Made by a program: the position numbers and the translations under genes. A stretch of DNA of 64,000 bases from an uncultured Gammaproteobacteria bacterium (GTDB lineage: Bacteria; Patescibacteriota; Microgenomatia; UBA12405), in the NCBI GenBank assembly GCA_964448705.1, contig CAYUZS010000001.1, positions 114,687 through 178,686 of the forward strand, in the 5' to 3' direction. The notes under the pieces were generated by a model that saw only the letters and a program-made list of their open reading frames with translations, made no database searches and was not told the DNA's origin. Of this stretch, positions 35,520-44,968 are shown piece after piece (position 1 is the stretch's first letter; each line of letters opens with the position of its first letter).

Positions 35520-37934
35520 ATGAAAAAAATATCCAGAATACTAATGATTACCGCCTTGATTGTTCATCAATTCGGGTGGCCATTAGCAGTTTGGTCACAA
35601 AATATTGAAAATACACCGACACCAACCGTAACCGCTGCTCCAACAATTGTCGAAACAAACGATGAAACAACAACTCCGACACCAACCCCAACAGAAACAG
35701 AAACAACCGCAACCTCGACACCAACATCGATAATATCCGAAACTCCAACACCAACTCCAACCATAAATCCGGATGAAATCATTGGGATAGAATTACAGGC
35801 GCCAACACCAGAACCGGAGGCAACTATAATCGTCGTGGTAAGCAACGAGGCCACAGTCGGGCAGCAAAGTGATACCAGTGCCGACAGTGGGAACAATACG
35901 ATTGCGATAACCCCAACCGGAGCACCGGTTGTAAATAATCCGACAGAATCGACGATTATCACTGATAAAGCAATTGCTCTGGCTAATATTGTGAATGCTG
36001 TCAATACCAATAGTTTTAATTCCAACGTAAAAATTTATTTATTAAATAATTTAAGCGGAGCAATCGGCCAGGTCGACCTGAATACGGCCTGGAATCTTTT
36101 AAACAGCAATGGGAACCAGATGAATGTCTTAACAGTGGATACCACCGGACAAAATAATCAAATATTAATCGATAATTTAGGAATTATTCAAAATGAAGTT
36201 GAGGTGCAGGCCAACAGCGGAAACAACCAAATAAACGGTGGAGATCAGGGAGTAATTTTTACCGGTAACGCCTATGCATTGGCAAATATTTTAAATATTC
36301 TTAATGTTAATGTTTATAATTCCAGTCTGTTTGCGGGAATAATCAATGTTGACGGCAGTACTTTAGGAGACATCGTTTTGCCAAATCCGGAATGGTTTTT
36401 AAACCAGAGAGAAACATCATTAAATATCAACGGCACAATCGATAACGAAGCTTTAATAAACAGCCAAGTTTCAACAGAAACCGATAGTGGAAATAACGGG
36501 ATAGAAACTGACGGCAGCGGATTGATTATAACCGGAAATTCCCAATCTTCGACTAATGTTTTGACCATGGCAAACATGAACACGACAAATAATAATCAAT
36601 TATTGGTGGGACTGAATGTGCTGGGAAATTGGAGCGGAAATATTTATAATTTTTACGGATTAGGCACAGCGGTTAACGGAAGCAGCAACAATTGGTTTCT
36701 AATTAACGACCATAACGAGGATACGATAGATGAGGAAATTAATACCAGTGTTAATAATGCGGCGGCAATTTCGAATTTGGTTTTAGCTAGGGCAATGAGC
36801 GGTCAAAACCAAATAACAGCCGGTAACGGTGGAGTTATCCAAACAGGAAATGACTGGGCCCTGGCCAATGTCACTAATCTAGCCAACTTGAATATTTTTG
36901 ACAGTAATTGGTTTTATATGACGATCAATGTCATCGGAGACTGGGGAGGAAATGTGATTTTTGCCTACCCTGATTTGACATTATCACTTAACTTGACGAA
37001 CGAGGAATTGAGAGTCGATCAGGAAACTGAATTGTTAGTTAATTATGCAAATGTCGGCTATGACGACACCAATGATAAAAACCAGATCGAGATAGAATTA
37101 CCCGGTAATCTTCAGTTTTTGAATGATAACAGCGGACTCCCCTTATCAAGGCAAGGCAACCGACTGATATGGCAAGTTAATAATATGCCGGCTAAAAGCA
37201 GTCGGAGTTTCTATATAAAAGTTAAATTGAATTCAGAAACTGCGTGGAAATTAGTGAAGACGGCAATGGCGGCAGAAGCGACAGCCAGAAGTGAAGTGGT
37301 GGTTAACGGAGAAATATCAACGACTAAAACGGAAGTAAGTACTGATAATAATAGTGCCTATGCTGTGGCTTATGTAAATGTTAATGGAAACGAGACTACT
37401 AACGAACTACTGCCAAAATTGATGATTTCGGAAAAAAATAATGTTAACAACTGGGTTTATAAAAATGATGTGATTTCTTTTGAAATCAATGCCAAAAATG
37501 AAGGAGAAGCGACGGCTTACAACACTTTTTTAATTCAAAAAATATTTGATATCAACGGGAAATTATTAACATCGAACAAAATTAAACTGGGAAATGTGGT
37601 GGTGGGTAAATCGGGAAAAGTTACATTCGGTCTGCCGATTAATTTTAATCTCAATGGTCAGCAAAGATTATTTTCCCAAACAGAAATGACCGGATACAGC
37701 GAACAAGGCCAGGAAATTATTTCCAATATTTCCGAATCTACATTTACGGTTAAGTTTTCAGAAATAAAAAGTCAGGAAGAAAATAAACTCGAAATCCAAG
37801 CAACAGAGACTTCAGGTGAAGTTCTGGGTGATAAAACAGAAACCAAAAAGGTAACCTGGCCCTACTTAATGATGTTTGTTACTTCCTCCGGCTGGATTAT
37901 CAGACAAACAAATCGATGGCGTATAAAAAAATAG
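35520..37934 (+). CDS. large secreted/anchored surface protein with PT-linker and internal Asn-rich repeats (DUF11/CARDB-like C-terminal domains possible)
   Basis: Signal anchor, a TPTPTPTETET linker, four or more roughly 40-aa repeats (..SGNNQI.GG.QGVI.TGN.YALANILNILN.N...S), a C-terminal beta-rich domain and a basic RWRIKK tail. 804 aa. Confidence 0.55.
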   Translation: MKKISRILMITALIVHQFGWPLAVWSQNIENTPTPTVTAAPTIVETNDETTTPTPTPTETETTATSTPTSIISETPTPTPTINPDEIIGIELQAPTPEPEATIIVVVSNEATVGQQSDTSADSGNNTIAITPTGAPVVNNPTESTIITDKAIALANIVNAVNTNSFNSNVKIYLLNNLSGAIGQVDLNTAWNLLNSNGNQMNVLTVDTTGQNNQILIDNLGIIQNEVEVQANSGNNQINGGDQGVIFTGNAYALANILNILNVNVYNSSLFAGIINVDGSTLGDIVLPNPEWFLNQRETSLNINGTIDNEALINSQVSTETDSGNNGIETDGSGLIITGNSQSSTNVLTMANMNTTNNNQLLVGLNVLGNWSGNIYNFYGLGTAVNGSSNNWFLINDHNEDTIDEEINTSVNNAAAISNLVLARAMSGQNQITAGNGGVIQTGNDWALANVTNLANLNIFDSNWFYMTINVIGDWGGNVIFAYPDLTLSLNLTNEELRVDQETELLVNYANVGYDDTNDKNQIEIELPGNLQFLNDNSGLPLSRQGNRLIWQVNNMPAKSSRSFYIKVKLNSETAWKLVKTAMAAEATARSEVVVNGEISTTKTEVSTDNNSAYAVAYVNVNGNETTNELLPKLMISEKNNVNNWVYKNDVISFEINAKNEGEATAYNTFLIQKIFDINGKLLTSNKIKLGNVVVGKSGKVTFGLPINFNLNGQQRLFSQTEMTGYSEQGQEIISNISESTFTVKFSEIKSQEENKLEIQATETSGEVLGDKTETKKVTWPYLMMFVTSSGWIIRQTNRWRIKK

Positions 37935-38160
37935 CGGAGATAATAGGGTTTATAGCAGCACTAATGATTTTCTTATACAGCGGTTGGTTTCTGTTCAGAC
38001 AATAAGAAAATTAATCGGAATTTAGATAAAAACAACTACAGATTGCTTTTATCCTATAGTGTGATAAACTACCATCTGGTTTGCCCGATATAACGAAAGT
38101 CGAATTTAATAATCTTTTGGGCAATAATCCCGATTAATCGGGATCGCCTAAAAAATTATT

Positions 38161-39477
38161 ATGTACAACAACAAGAGAAATGCGGGTGGATTTCGAAACA
38201 AAAATACCCAAAAACATTCCTATGGCCACTTTAGCGGATTTGGTCATGAAAACAGTTCAAATTCGAGTTCCGGAAATGAACAAAGAAAAAGTTATGGAAA
38301 AAGATTCGGATACGGAAAAGCGAATCAAGGCCGTTTTAACGGACCAAGCAGAACAAAAAGACCGCGATTTGTCGGCGAAAATATAGACACTTCACTGTTT
38401 ATTAAAAAAGCTGAAGATTTTGTAAAAATAGAAGAAACCGAAACAGTTAATACTTTTGAAGATTTCAAATTAAACGAAAATCTTCTTAAAAACATTAAAG
38501 ACAAAGGGTTTGTTAAACCGACACCAATTCAGGACGAAGCGATTCCGCATGTATTGAAAGGTAAAGATGTATTGGGAATTGCCAACACCGGAACAGGAAA
38601 AACAGCCGTTTTTGCAATTCCACTGGTTAACAGAGTGCTGGAGAATCCGAAGGAAAGAATTCTGATTATGGCACCAACCAGAGAATTGGCACAACAGATA
38701 AAGACAGACATCAGATCTTTTACTCCGGGATTACGGGTATATGTTACTTTGGCAATCGGCGGAGCTTATTTAAGAGAACAAATTCAGGAAATAAAAAGAG
38801 GACCGAACATTATTATCGGTACTCCCGGGAGAATTAAAGACTTAGGTGAAAGAAAGGTGATTAATTTTAAAGAAATTAATACTTTGGTTTTGGACGAAGT
38901 CGACAGAATGTTGGATATGGGATTTATTGATGATATCCGTTCAATTGTGAATCAAATTCCGGAAACCCGACAAACATTGTTTTTTTCGGCAACAGTTAAC
39001 AAAAAAATTGAAGTTTTAATTCAAACATTTTTGCATGAGCCGGTTAAAGTATCAGTGAAAACCAGAGACAGTTCCTCTCATGTTGAGCAAAACATTGTTA
39101 AGGTTTCACGAAACATGAAAGAAGAAAAACTAGCCGAACTGTTATCGAATAAAGAATTTAAAAAAGTGTTAGTATTCGGAGCGACACATATGATTGTTGA
39201 TAAGTTATCAACTATGTTAATCAATAAAGGATTTAAAGCTCAAGGACTTCACGGCGGAAAAACCCAATATTTAAGACAACGAATTGTAAGATCTTTCCGG
39301 GAAGACCAGATTAATATTCTAGTAGCAACCGATGTGGCGGCCCGCGGTTTGGACATTGCGGACATTACCCACGTCATTAACTACGATAAACCGAATAATT
39401 ATGAAGAATATTGCCATAGAATAGGCAGAACCGGTAGAGGTAATGCTAAAGGATTTGCCCTGACTTTTGTGGAATAA
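38161..39477 (+). CDS. DEAD-box ATP-dependent RNA helicase with N-terminal Gly/Arg/Asn-rich low-complexity extension
   Basis: Q-motif ..PTPIQ, AxTGTGKT, PTRELA, DEVD, SAT, HRIGRTGR. The roughly 80-aa N-terminal RGG/FGYG-like region is unusual (such extensions are normally C-terminal). Confidence 0.9.
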   Translation: MYNNKRNAGGFRNKNTQKHSYGHFSGFGHENSSNSSSGNEQRKSYGKRFGYGKANQGRFNGPSRTKRPRFVGENIDTSLFIKKAEDFVKIEETETVNTFEDFKLNENLLKNIKDKGFVKPTPIQDEAIPHVLKGKDVLGIANTGTGKTAVFAIPLVNRVLENPKERILIMAPTRELAQQIKTDIRSFTPGLRVYVTLAIGGAYLREQIQEIKRGPNIIIGTPGRIKDLGERKVINFKEINTLVLDEVDRMLDMGFIDDIRSIVNQIPETRQTLFFSATVNKKIEVLIQTFLHEPVKVSVKTRDSSSHVEQNIVKVSRNMKEEKLAELLSNKEFKKVLVFGATHMIVDKLSTMLINKGFKAQGLHGGKTQYLRQRIVRSFREDQINILVATDVAARGLDIADITHVINYDKPNNYEEYCHRIGRTGRGNAKGFALTFVE

Positions 39478-39513
39478 TCCCTGCCTCCCCTGCTCTGATA
39501 TAAAAAATTTGTT

Positions 39514-40236
39514 TTAGTTTTTACGTCCGGTTTCTAACTTTTTACGGGTTTCCCGGAGCGCGATTTTGGGAAGGGTTAAACCCTGAGCGTCGAGGTATTC
39601 ACCGACATCACGGGAGAAATTTTTGACCATCGAACGCAAAATCCAAGAGACGGCTTTGGTAATTAAGATATCGGTTTCTGTTTTTAATTTTTCTACCAGC
39701 TCAAGAGATAATTTTGATAAACGGGGATCAGTTGATTGACGAAGCGGCAAACAAAGAAAAACTAAAGACGCCCGCCGTTGATTAATATTTTTAGAAACGG
39801 ATAATTTTTTCAGTAATTTTGACCAGGCGGGAATGTCGGCGGTCATAATTTCTCCGGTAATTGGAGAACTGCAGAGAGTGTCCACTTCCACCCAACCATG
39901 GCAAAAAGTTAACCAGGATTCAAATTTTTCCAGAGGTATTTGGGATATTAGTTTAGGATAATAACCAATAATACCGGCGGCAAACATTATTTCTTCGACA
40001 GTAACGGCTTGGGAATAGAGTAAGTCCAAGAGTTGAACCAGTTCATCAATCGTTAAAGGATTATTTTTAACTGTCAATTTTAGGCATTGACGAAGATCAG
40101 CAGTTTTTACCCCGCGGGCTGTACGCTGAGTGCCTAAATAACGCTGCAACCATTGGCATTTTTTTGGGTCTGAAACTTCGGGAAGCTGGTTGAGGTCGGT
40201 AATAATTTGGTGATGGAGTTTTTTGATGTCAGCCAT
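39514..40236 (-). CDS. DNA alkylation repair protein, AlkD/AlkC-like HEAT-repeat glycosylase family
   Basis: 240 aa, all-helical. The N-terminal ..WLQRYLGTQRTARGVKTADLR pattern matches the AlkD family 'YMK..F.F.GI..P.lR'. Confidence 0.5.
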   Translation of the reverse strand: MADIKKLHHQIITDLNQLPEVSDPKKCQWLQRYLGTQRTARGVKTADLRQCLKLTVKNNPLTIDELVQLLDLLYSQAVTVEEIMFAAGIIGYYPKLISQIPLEKFESWLTFCHGWVEVDTLCSSPITGEIMTADIPAWSKLLKKLSVSKNINQRRASLVFLCLPLRQSTDPRLSKLSLELVEKLKTETDILITKAVSWILRSMVKNFSRDVGEYLDAQGLTLPKIALRETRKKLETGRKN

Positions 40237-40474
40237 GGTTGATTATCTCCAATTTTTGGAGACGGGACAACTTTTTAATCCGGGCTTCTTCGATTAGAGC
40301 TTCAGAACGGGTGGTAAATTCCTGCTGATAGACGAGTTTTACCGGCCGACGAACACGAGTATATTTTGCCCCAAGACGGGATGAATTATGTTCCTTCACC
40401 CGGCGGGCAAGATCGGTGGTAATACCGGTATACAAGGTTCCATCCACACATTGAAGAAGATAGAGAAAATACAT
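40229..40474 (-). CDS. GIY-YIG nuclease-domain protein (YhbQ/UPF0213-like)
   Basis: MYFLYLLQCVDGTLYTGITTDLARRVKEHN is the GIY-YIG core with conserved R and E. 81 aa. Confidence 0.8.
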   Translation of the reverse strand: MYFLYLLQCVDGTLYTGITTDLARRVKEHNSSRLGAKYTRVRRPVKLVYQQEFTTRSEALIEEARIKKLSRLQKLEIINHG

Positions 40475-40516
40475 TGTTTAAGTTTACTATTGTCGGCCCG
40501 ATTTATTAAAAATGTT

Positions 40517-41758
40517 TCAGGATTTTATTTTTTTATAAATCCAAAAAGGAATCAAAAAGGAAACGAGATCACCAATAAAGTAATAGTTACACAACCATTT
40601 TTGTCCAAAACAACAACTGTTTTTGTTGATGAAAAAATCAATGGCAAAAGCGATGGCGGAAATTATAAAAACAAATAACCAATGTCCGGACAAATTTACC
40701 AGAATCAAATTAATAATTAAGGCGATAAGAAATATCAGCGGTAAAAATTTGACGGTGCAGGAGATGTCCGTTTCACCTAAAACTTGTCCCTCTGAGGACA
40801 AACTGGAAACGGAGGCGGACGATGGGTTTTGGTCGGAAGTGTTGGTACCCAACACCTGAGTCTCCAGACCGGTAGGAACGGTGGCAGCAGCAACGATGTT
40901 TGATCCAGGGTTAAGACAATATTCCGGAGTTCTTTCTCCCGGCATACAACCGTTTAAACTACGGACATAAAAACAATATTGGGCGCCGGGGGTTAATCCA
41001 CGGACAGTGTAATGGTCATCTTTTCCGATATCAGGAGAACCATATTGATAGACTCCCGGCGAGGTACCAAAAGCAATTAAATATCCGGTATATGATGGTG
41101 ATGTGGTGTTATTCCAATGAAGAGTAACAGTGCCGCCATCATATTCGGTGGCATATAATCCGGTGGGAGCCAAAGGAGCAGGGTTGGTGCATTGAGAAGG
41201 TCCTGGACCGGAAGTACCGCCGTCGGATGTCCCTAATACATTACCCGAAACATCGGTACTATTTTCATCGCATTCAAATTGATACTTGATATCAAAACGA
41301 GAACTGAGATTTTGATAATTATTATCAGCGGATTGATCCAATAATATTGTCCAAAGATAACTATTTTTTTTGTTTTTATTAACGTGTCCGAGAGATAAAC
41401 TAGGCTGGGCGGAATTGAGCAGATCACTTAAACGATAATGAGAAATATTAAGATCGTTTTCATTATTGGTACCGGTGATATCTAAAAATATTTTTTGGGA
41501 AAGAAGATCTAAATTTGAATCAGCAGAGACAGCTTTTAAAGTTAAGTTACAGGCACCTGTGCGATTATTATCAACAAAAAATTTTTGAGAAGTAGTGTAT
41601 CCGGGGTAAATATTGGCTTCATTAAATATGGGAAGGTTAGGAGAAACAGTACATTCAGAATCCCCGCTGTTACAGGTAATCGTAATATCATTGCCGGCAA
41701 AAACAAGTGAAGGAAAAAAGCCGAATGAAATTATGAGGAGAAAGAGAATTTTTTTCAT
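40517..41758 (-). CDS. surface protein: TasA/camelysin-like N-domain + FN3-like module + C-terminal multi-TM anchor
   Basis: Signal ..SLVFAGNDITIT resembles the SipW-cognate signal (AAFNDIKS in TasA). FN3-like GGTVTLHWNN...YCFYVRSLNGC module. Hydrophobic C-terminal 80 aa. Confidence 0.45.
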   Translation of the reverse strand: MKKILFLLIISFGFFPSLVFAGNDITITCNSGDSECTVSPNLPIFNEANIYPGYTTSQKFFVDNNRTGACNLTLKAVSADSNLDLLSQKIFLDITGTNNENDLNISHYRLSDLLNSAQPSLSLGHVNKNKKNSYLWTILLDQSADNNYQNLSSRFDIKYQFECDENSTDVSGNVLGTSDGGTSGPGPSQCTNPAPLAPTGLYATEYDGGTVTLHWNNTTSPSYTGYLIAFGTSPGVYQYGSPDIGKDDHYTVRGLTPGAQYCFYVRSLNGCMPGERTPEYCLNPGSNIVAAATVPTGLETQVLGTNTSDQNPSSASVSSLSSEGQVLGETDISCTVKFLPLIFLIALIINLILVNLSGHWLFVFIISAIAFAIDFFINKNSCCFGQKWLCNYYFIGDLVSFLIPFWIYKKIKS

Positions 41759-43470
41759 TAATAGACAAATGATTTCGTAACTTGGGTATCTCCACTAAGG
41801 TTAACGGTGATGGTGGAACCGGGAGCAAGATCGTCTTGGACACAAACCCCACCGGAGGAACAAGTGCCGAGATATAAAATCTGTGAAAATTCGGAATCAA
41901 CAATCTTGTCGGCGGTGATCTTGCCGAATAGACCTTTTTGAATTCCGTTGGTAAAATACAAAACTTCATAATCAGACGGTTTCGAAAGGTTGTCTATTTT
42001 TAAAGTTATTTCATTTTTAGAATGATTGCTGGTGAGACTTATTAAAGGATCGTTACCTGCCTCAGTTATCAATTCCGGAACATCAGTATTTTCAAATTCT
42101 ATAATGGCCGAATTTTCGATATTACCAGCCTTGTCGACAGCATGGGCGATGATTTTAAATTTGCCTAAAGGAATGGTCATTGGTTTTATCTCATAAGACC
42201 AATTGGAGGTGCCATCGGCCAGGACACGGGTAACAGACTCGCTGCCGTGAACCCAAGAACTGCCATTCCAAAAAAGATTCACATTTTGCCGGTAAATAGA
42301 AAGTTCGATATGATCCAACTGAGAGTTGTCCGAAGCGGTACCTTCAACTTTGCCATTCCATAACCAAACGATGGGAAAGTTAACATCGTTGTCGTGGTCG
42401 GAATTCCAGGGTTTAGTGATGGTGCTGACCGGTAATGTTTTATCGTAAGTAATGGAACACTCATGAGACCAGGCGGAAACATTTCCGGTGGTGTCGTATG
42501 CCCTAACTTTAAAAGTATGAAGACCTTCACCCTGATTAAAAACACCGGTATATTGTGAACGGGTGACAAAAGTAGACCAGGTGCCAGTACCGCCGCCGGC
42601 TTTAGGATATTCCAGATAATATTCATATTTCAAAATCCCCTGACTACTGGCAGAATCGTCCCAATCGGGAGTAATGGTGTAACTGTTGGTGTAGCCATTA
42701 CAGGCAATGTTGGGGTTTGACCAATGAAGATTGGAGGGAGTGGAAGGTTTAGCAAAATCGGCAGTAGAAATAGTGATACCACTGACGACAACAGTATCGG
42801 AAAATAGTGCTTTGGCTTGGGTAATGTGATTAACACCTAAAATGGCGGCAGTAAATAAAAAGAAGAAGATTAAAGATTTTAAATTGGTTTTAGATTTTGG
42901 TTTAATTTTAATTTTAGTGCCAGCGGTTTCGAGTTTTTGAGCGACTTTGCGATTGACTTCGTCATCAATAGCTTTTTTGATATTAAAAATTTGACTGATA
43001 ATAAAAATTAAAGCAGGAATACCAATAATTACAGCAAAACCTACAGGTTGACGGAGAAGAGCGGCTAAAGAACCAAGATAAGGGATGGCAAAAAAGTAGA
43101 CACCTTTGACACCAACATCCTGAACATCCCAAGCGTCAATATCCTTATTGTTGTCCCCTTTTGTCTTGAATAAAAGCGGATCGGTAGACGAAATAGAATT
43201 GACGCGATGAAGAATAGTGTCTTGGGAATTGCTGGGAGAAGTGAAGGCAATAATATCACCGGTTTTAATATTTTTAGGATCAACTGTTTTAATAAAAGCA
43301 ACAGAGCCAGTTTTAATAGTTGGTTCCATAGAACCACTGACAACGACAAAAGATTTGGGAATATTTTTAAACGGTAGCTTAGGGGAAATAACTACGAAAA
43401 GCAGGCACAACAAAACTATGAATGCGACCCATTCGATTGCTTTTAAAATTGTTTCAGACTTTTTGAGCAT
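41758..43470 (-). CDS. sipW: SipW-type (archaeal-type, S26B) signal peptidase I fused to a C-terminal TasA-like-signal-bearing ectodomain
   Basis: N-terminal TM, then VVVSGSMEPTIKTG (catalytic Ser box) and GDIIAFTSP. A second TM segment follows at about aa 190, then ITQAKALFSDTVVVSGITIST (a second SipW-cognate cleavage motif) and a roughly 350-aa beta-rich domain. Confidence 0.7.
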   Translation of the reverse strand: MLKKSETILKAIEWVAFIVLLCLLFVVISPKLPFKNIPKSFVVVSGSMEPTIKTGSVAFIKTVDPKNIKTGDIIAFTSPSNSQDTILHRVNSISSTDPLLFKTKGDNNKDIDAWDVQDVGVKGVYFFAIPYLGSLAALLRQPVGFAVIIGIPALIFIISQIFNIKKAIDDEVNRKVAQKLETAGTKIKIKPKSKTNLKSLIFFFLFTAAILGVNHITQAKALFSDTVVVSGITISTADFAKPSTPSNLHWSNPNIACNGYTNSYTITPDWDDSASSQGILKYEYYLEYPKAGGGTGTWSTFVTRSQYTGVFNQGEGLHTFKVRAYDTTGNVSAWSHECSITYDKTLPVSTITKPWNSDHDNDVNFPIVWLWNGKVEGTASDNSQLDHIELSIYRQNVNLFWNGSSWVHGSESVTRVLADGTSNWSYEIKPMTIPLGKFKIIAHAVDKAGNIENSAIIEFENTDVPELITEAGNDPLISLTSNHSKNEITLKIDNLSKPSDYEVLYFTNGIQKGLFGKITADKIVDSEFSQILYLGTCSSGGVCVQDDLAPGSTITVNLSGDTQVTKSFVY

Positions 43471-43517
43471 CTAAGAGATTGCAGAAGTTGCCTTCTGCAA
43501 TCAATAGAGACTCAAAA

Positions 43518-44090
43518 CTATTGGTGTTGAGTACCAGTAAAGACAATGTTTCCATATAAACCCATATTGGCTTTAGTATTACCAATATTATTTAGTTTTA
43601 CATGTAAATCATATCTTACATAATCATCAGTCTTTTTTAATGGTGTTCCAAATGTAACAAAACCATTTTTCAAATCATCTAATGTATACCAGGTTGTTGG
43701 TGTACCACCAGCTTCACTGATACCGACTAAGACTTCATTACTTAACTCTGTCCAGTTACCTGCTGGATTGATTAAATTCATTTTCAGGTCTAAATCGATA
43801 GCTGAACTGCTTTCGTTTCTAAACCATAATTGAGTTACATCATCAAAACCAGGATAGATGGCTGCGAGTTTTTGTGAAAAAAAGGCACCTATTGCCGGAT
43901 CAGAAACAGAAATATATTTTGATCCTTCTGTTCTGGCGTTGTCATGGTCATAAACACCAAGATTAGCATTACCGGTAGTCATGGTAATACCAGAAACATT
44001 GACCGTGTCACTGAATAATGCGTAAGCACTAGCAGAGACAGTACCGACGGTCAAAGCGATTGCCAAAATACTTAAGAGAATCTTTTTCAT
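43518..44090 (-). CDS. TasA/camelysin-family secreted fibre protein with SipW-cognate signal peptide
   Basis: MKKILLSILAIALTVGTVSASAYALFSDTVNVSGITM.. compares with camelysin ..GGGTFAFFSDKE and TasA ..TWAAFNDIKS. The perfect RBS AGGAGGTG lies 8 nt upstream of the ATG at 44090; the track's upstream extension translates the RBS. Confidence 0.6.
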   Translation of the reverse strand: MKKILLSILAIALTVGTVSASAYALFSDTVNVSGITMTTGNANLGVYDHDNARTEGSKYISVSDPAIGAFFSQKLAAIYPGFDDVTQLWFRNESSSAIDLDLKMNLINPAGNWTELSNEVLVGISEAGGTPTTWYTLDDLKNGFVTFGTPLKKTDDYVRYDLHVKLNNIGNTKANMGLYGNIVFTGTQHQ

Positions 44091-44309
44091 AAAATATTCA
44101 CCTCCTAACAAATACACGAAACAAATAATTGGGACCTAATCAGCATCGGACAGTTAACAATGATTAAAAGTCCTGAGTAATCATTACAATGTATTAGTAA
44201 TAAAGTCAACAAATTGAGAGTGTGTTTTTTCTCATTATTACCGTAGGGAATTTATTCCGCCAATTTTAAGGTAAAAAAGAAAAAGGTATATTCTGTTCGA
44301 GAAAATCGT

Positions 44310-44621
44310 TTAAAAAGTGAAGATTATTTTTTCAAAATCGATTATTTTATTATTCTTGTCGAGACGAATACCCTCCTCTAAATATAATTTTGCGCGAATC
44401 TTATCGTATTTAGGGTCGGTCCAGATTTTGCCGTTACTGTAGACAATTCGATGCCAGGGAATTTTGTCTGCTTGTGGAGATTTACCCAAAATATGGGTAA
44501 TCATCCGGGAAAGCATGGGGTGGCCGCCGGCGGCGACAGTCAAAAGACCATAGGTGGTAACCCGGCCGGGAGGGATGGAAAGAGCCAGGCGAATAACTTT
44601 TTGAGAAAAAGTTTCTGTCAT
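44310..44621 (-). CDS. alkyltransferase-like (ATL) protein: MGMT DNA-binding domain with Trp replacing the acceptor Cys
   Basis: ..GRVTTYGLL...KIPWHRIVYSNGKI..: the PCHRV active-site motif is PWHRI, the ATL signature. 103 aa. Confidence 0.65.
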   Translation of the reverse strand: MTETFSQKVIRLALSIPPGRVTTYGLLTVAAGGHPMLSRMITHILGKSPQADKIPWHRIVYSNGKIWTDPKYDKIRAKLYLEEGIRLDKNNKIIDFEKIIFTF

Positions 44622-44968
44622 TTATTGGAAAAAGAGAAAAAATATTTTTCCATATCAACCTTGCAGGGTTGGGAAAATATCAGACCGTCATTTTCCAAAC
44701 GTCGCTGCTGTTCGGCGGAGCCACCGAGAGAAAATTGAGGTGCTAAAGTACCATCACCACGAACAACCCGATGGCAGGCAAGAGTTTTGTCCTGATTTCC
44801 CCGTAAAGCCCAGCCGATAATCCGGGGTGATTTTAAATTAAGATATTGAGCAATGTGGCCATAGGTACTAACTTTTCCCTGAGGAATTTGACGAACGGTT
44901 TGACGAACAAGGTCGAAAATTGGCTGAGCAGAAATCTTTGAAGACTTAATAGATGTTTCAGCGGTCAT
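44618..44968 (-). CDS. MGMT-family (O6-alkylguanine-DNA alkyltransferase) C-domain-only protein retaining the Cys acceptor
   Basis: ..GKVSTYGHIAQ...LACHRVVRGDGTLAPQFSLGGSAEQQRRLENDGLIF aligns with Ogt IVVPCHRVIG..G...GY.GG...K..LL..EG. 116 aa with no N-terminal domain. 4-nt overlap with the ATL gene. Confidence 0.6.
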   Translation of the reverse strand: MTAETSIKSSKISAQPIFDLVRQTVRQIPQGKVSTYGHIAQYLNLKSPRIIGWALRGNQDKTLACHRVVRGDGTLAPQFSLGGSAEQQRRLENDGLIFSQPCKVDMEKYFFSFSNK

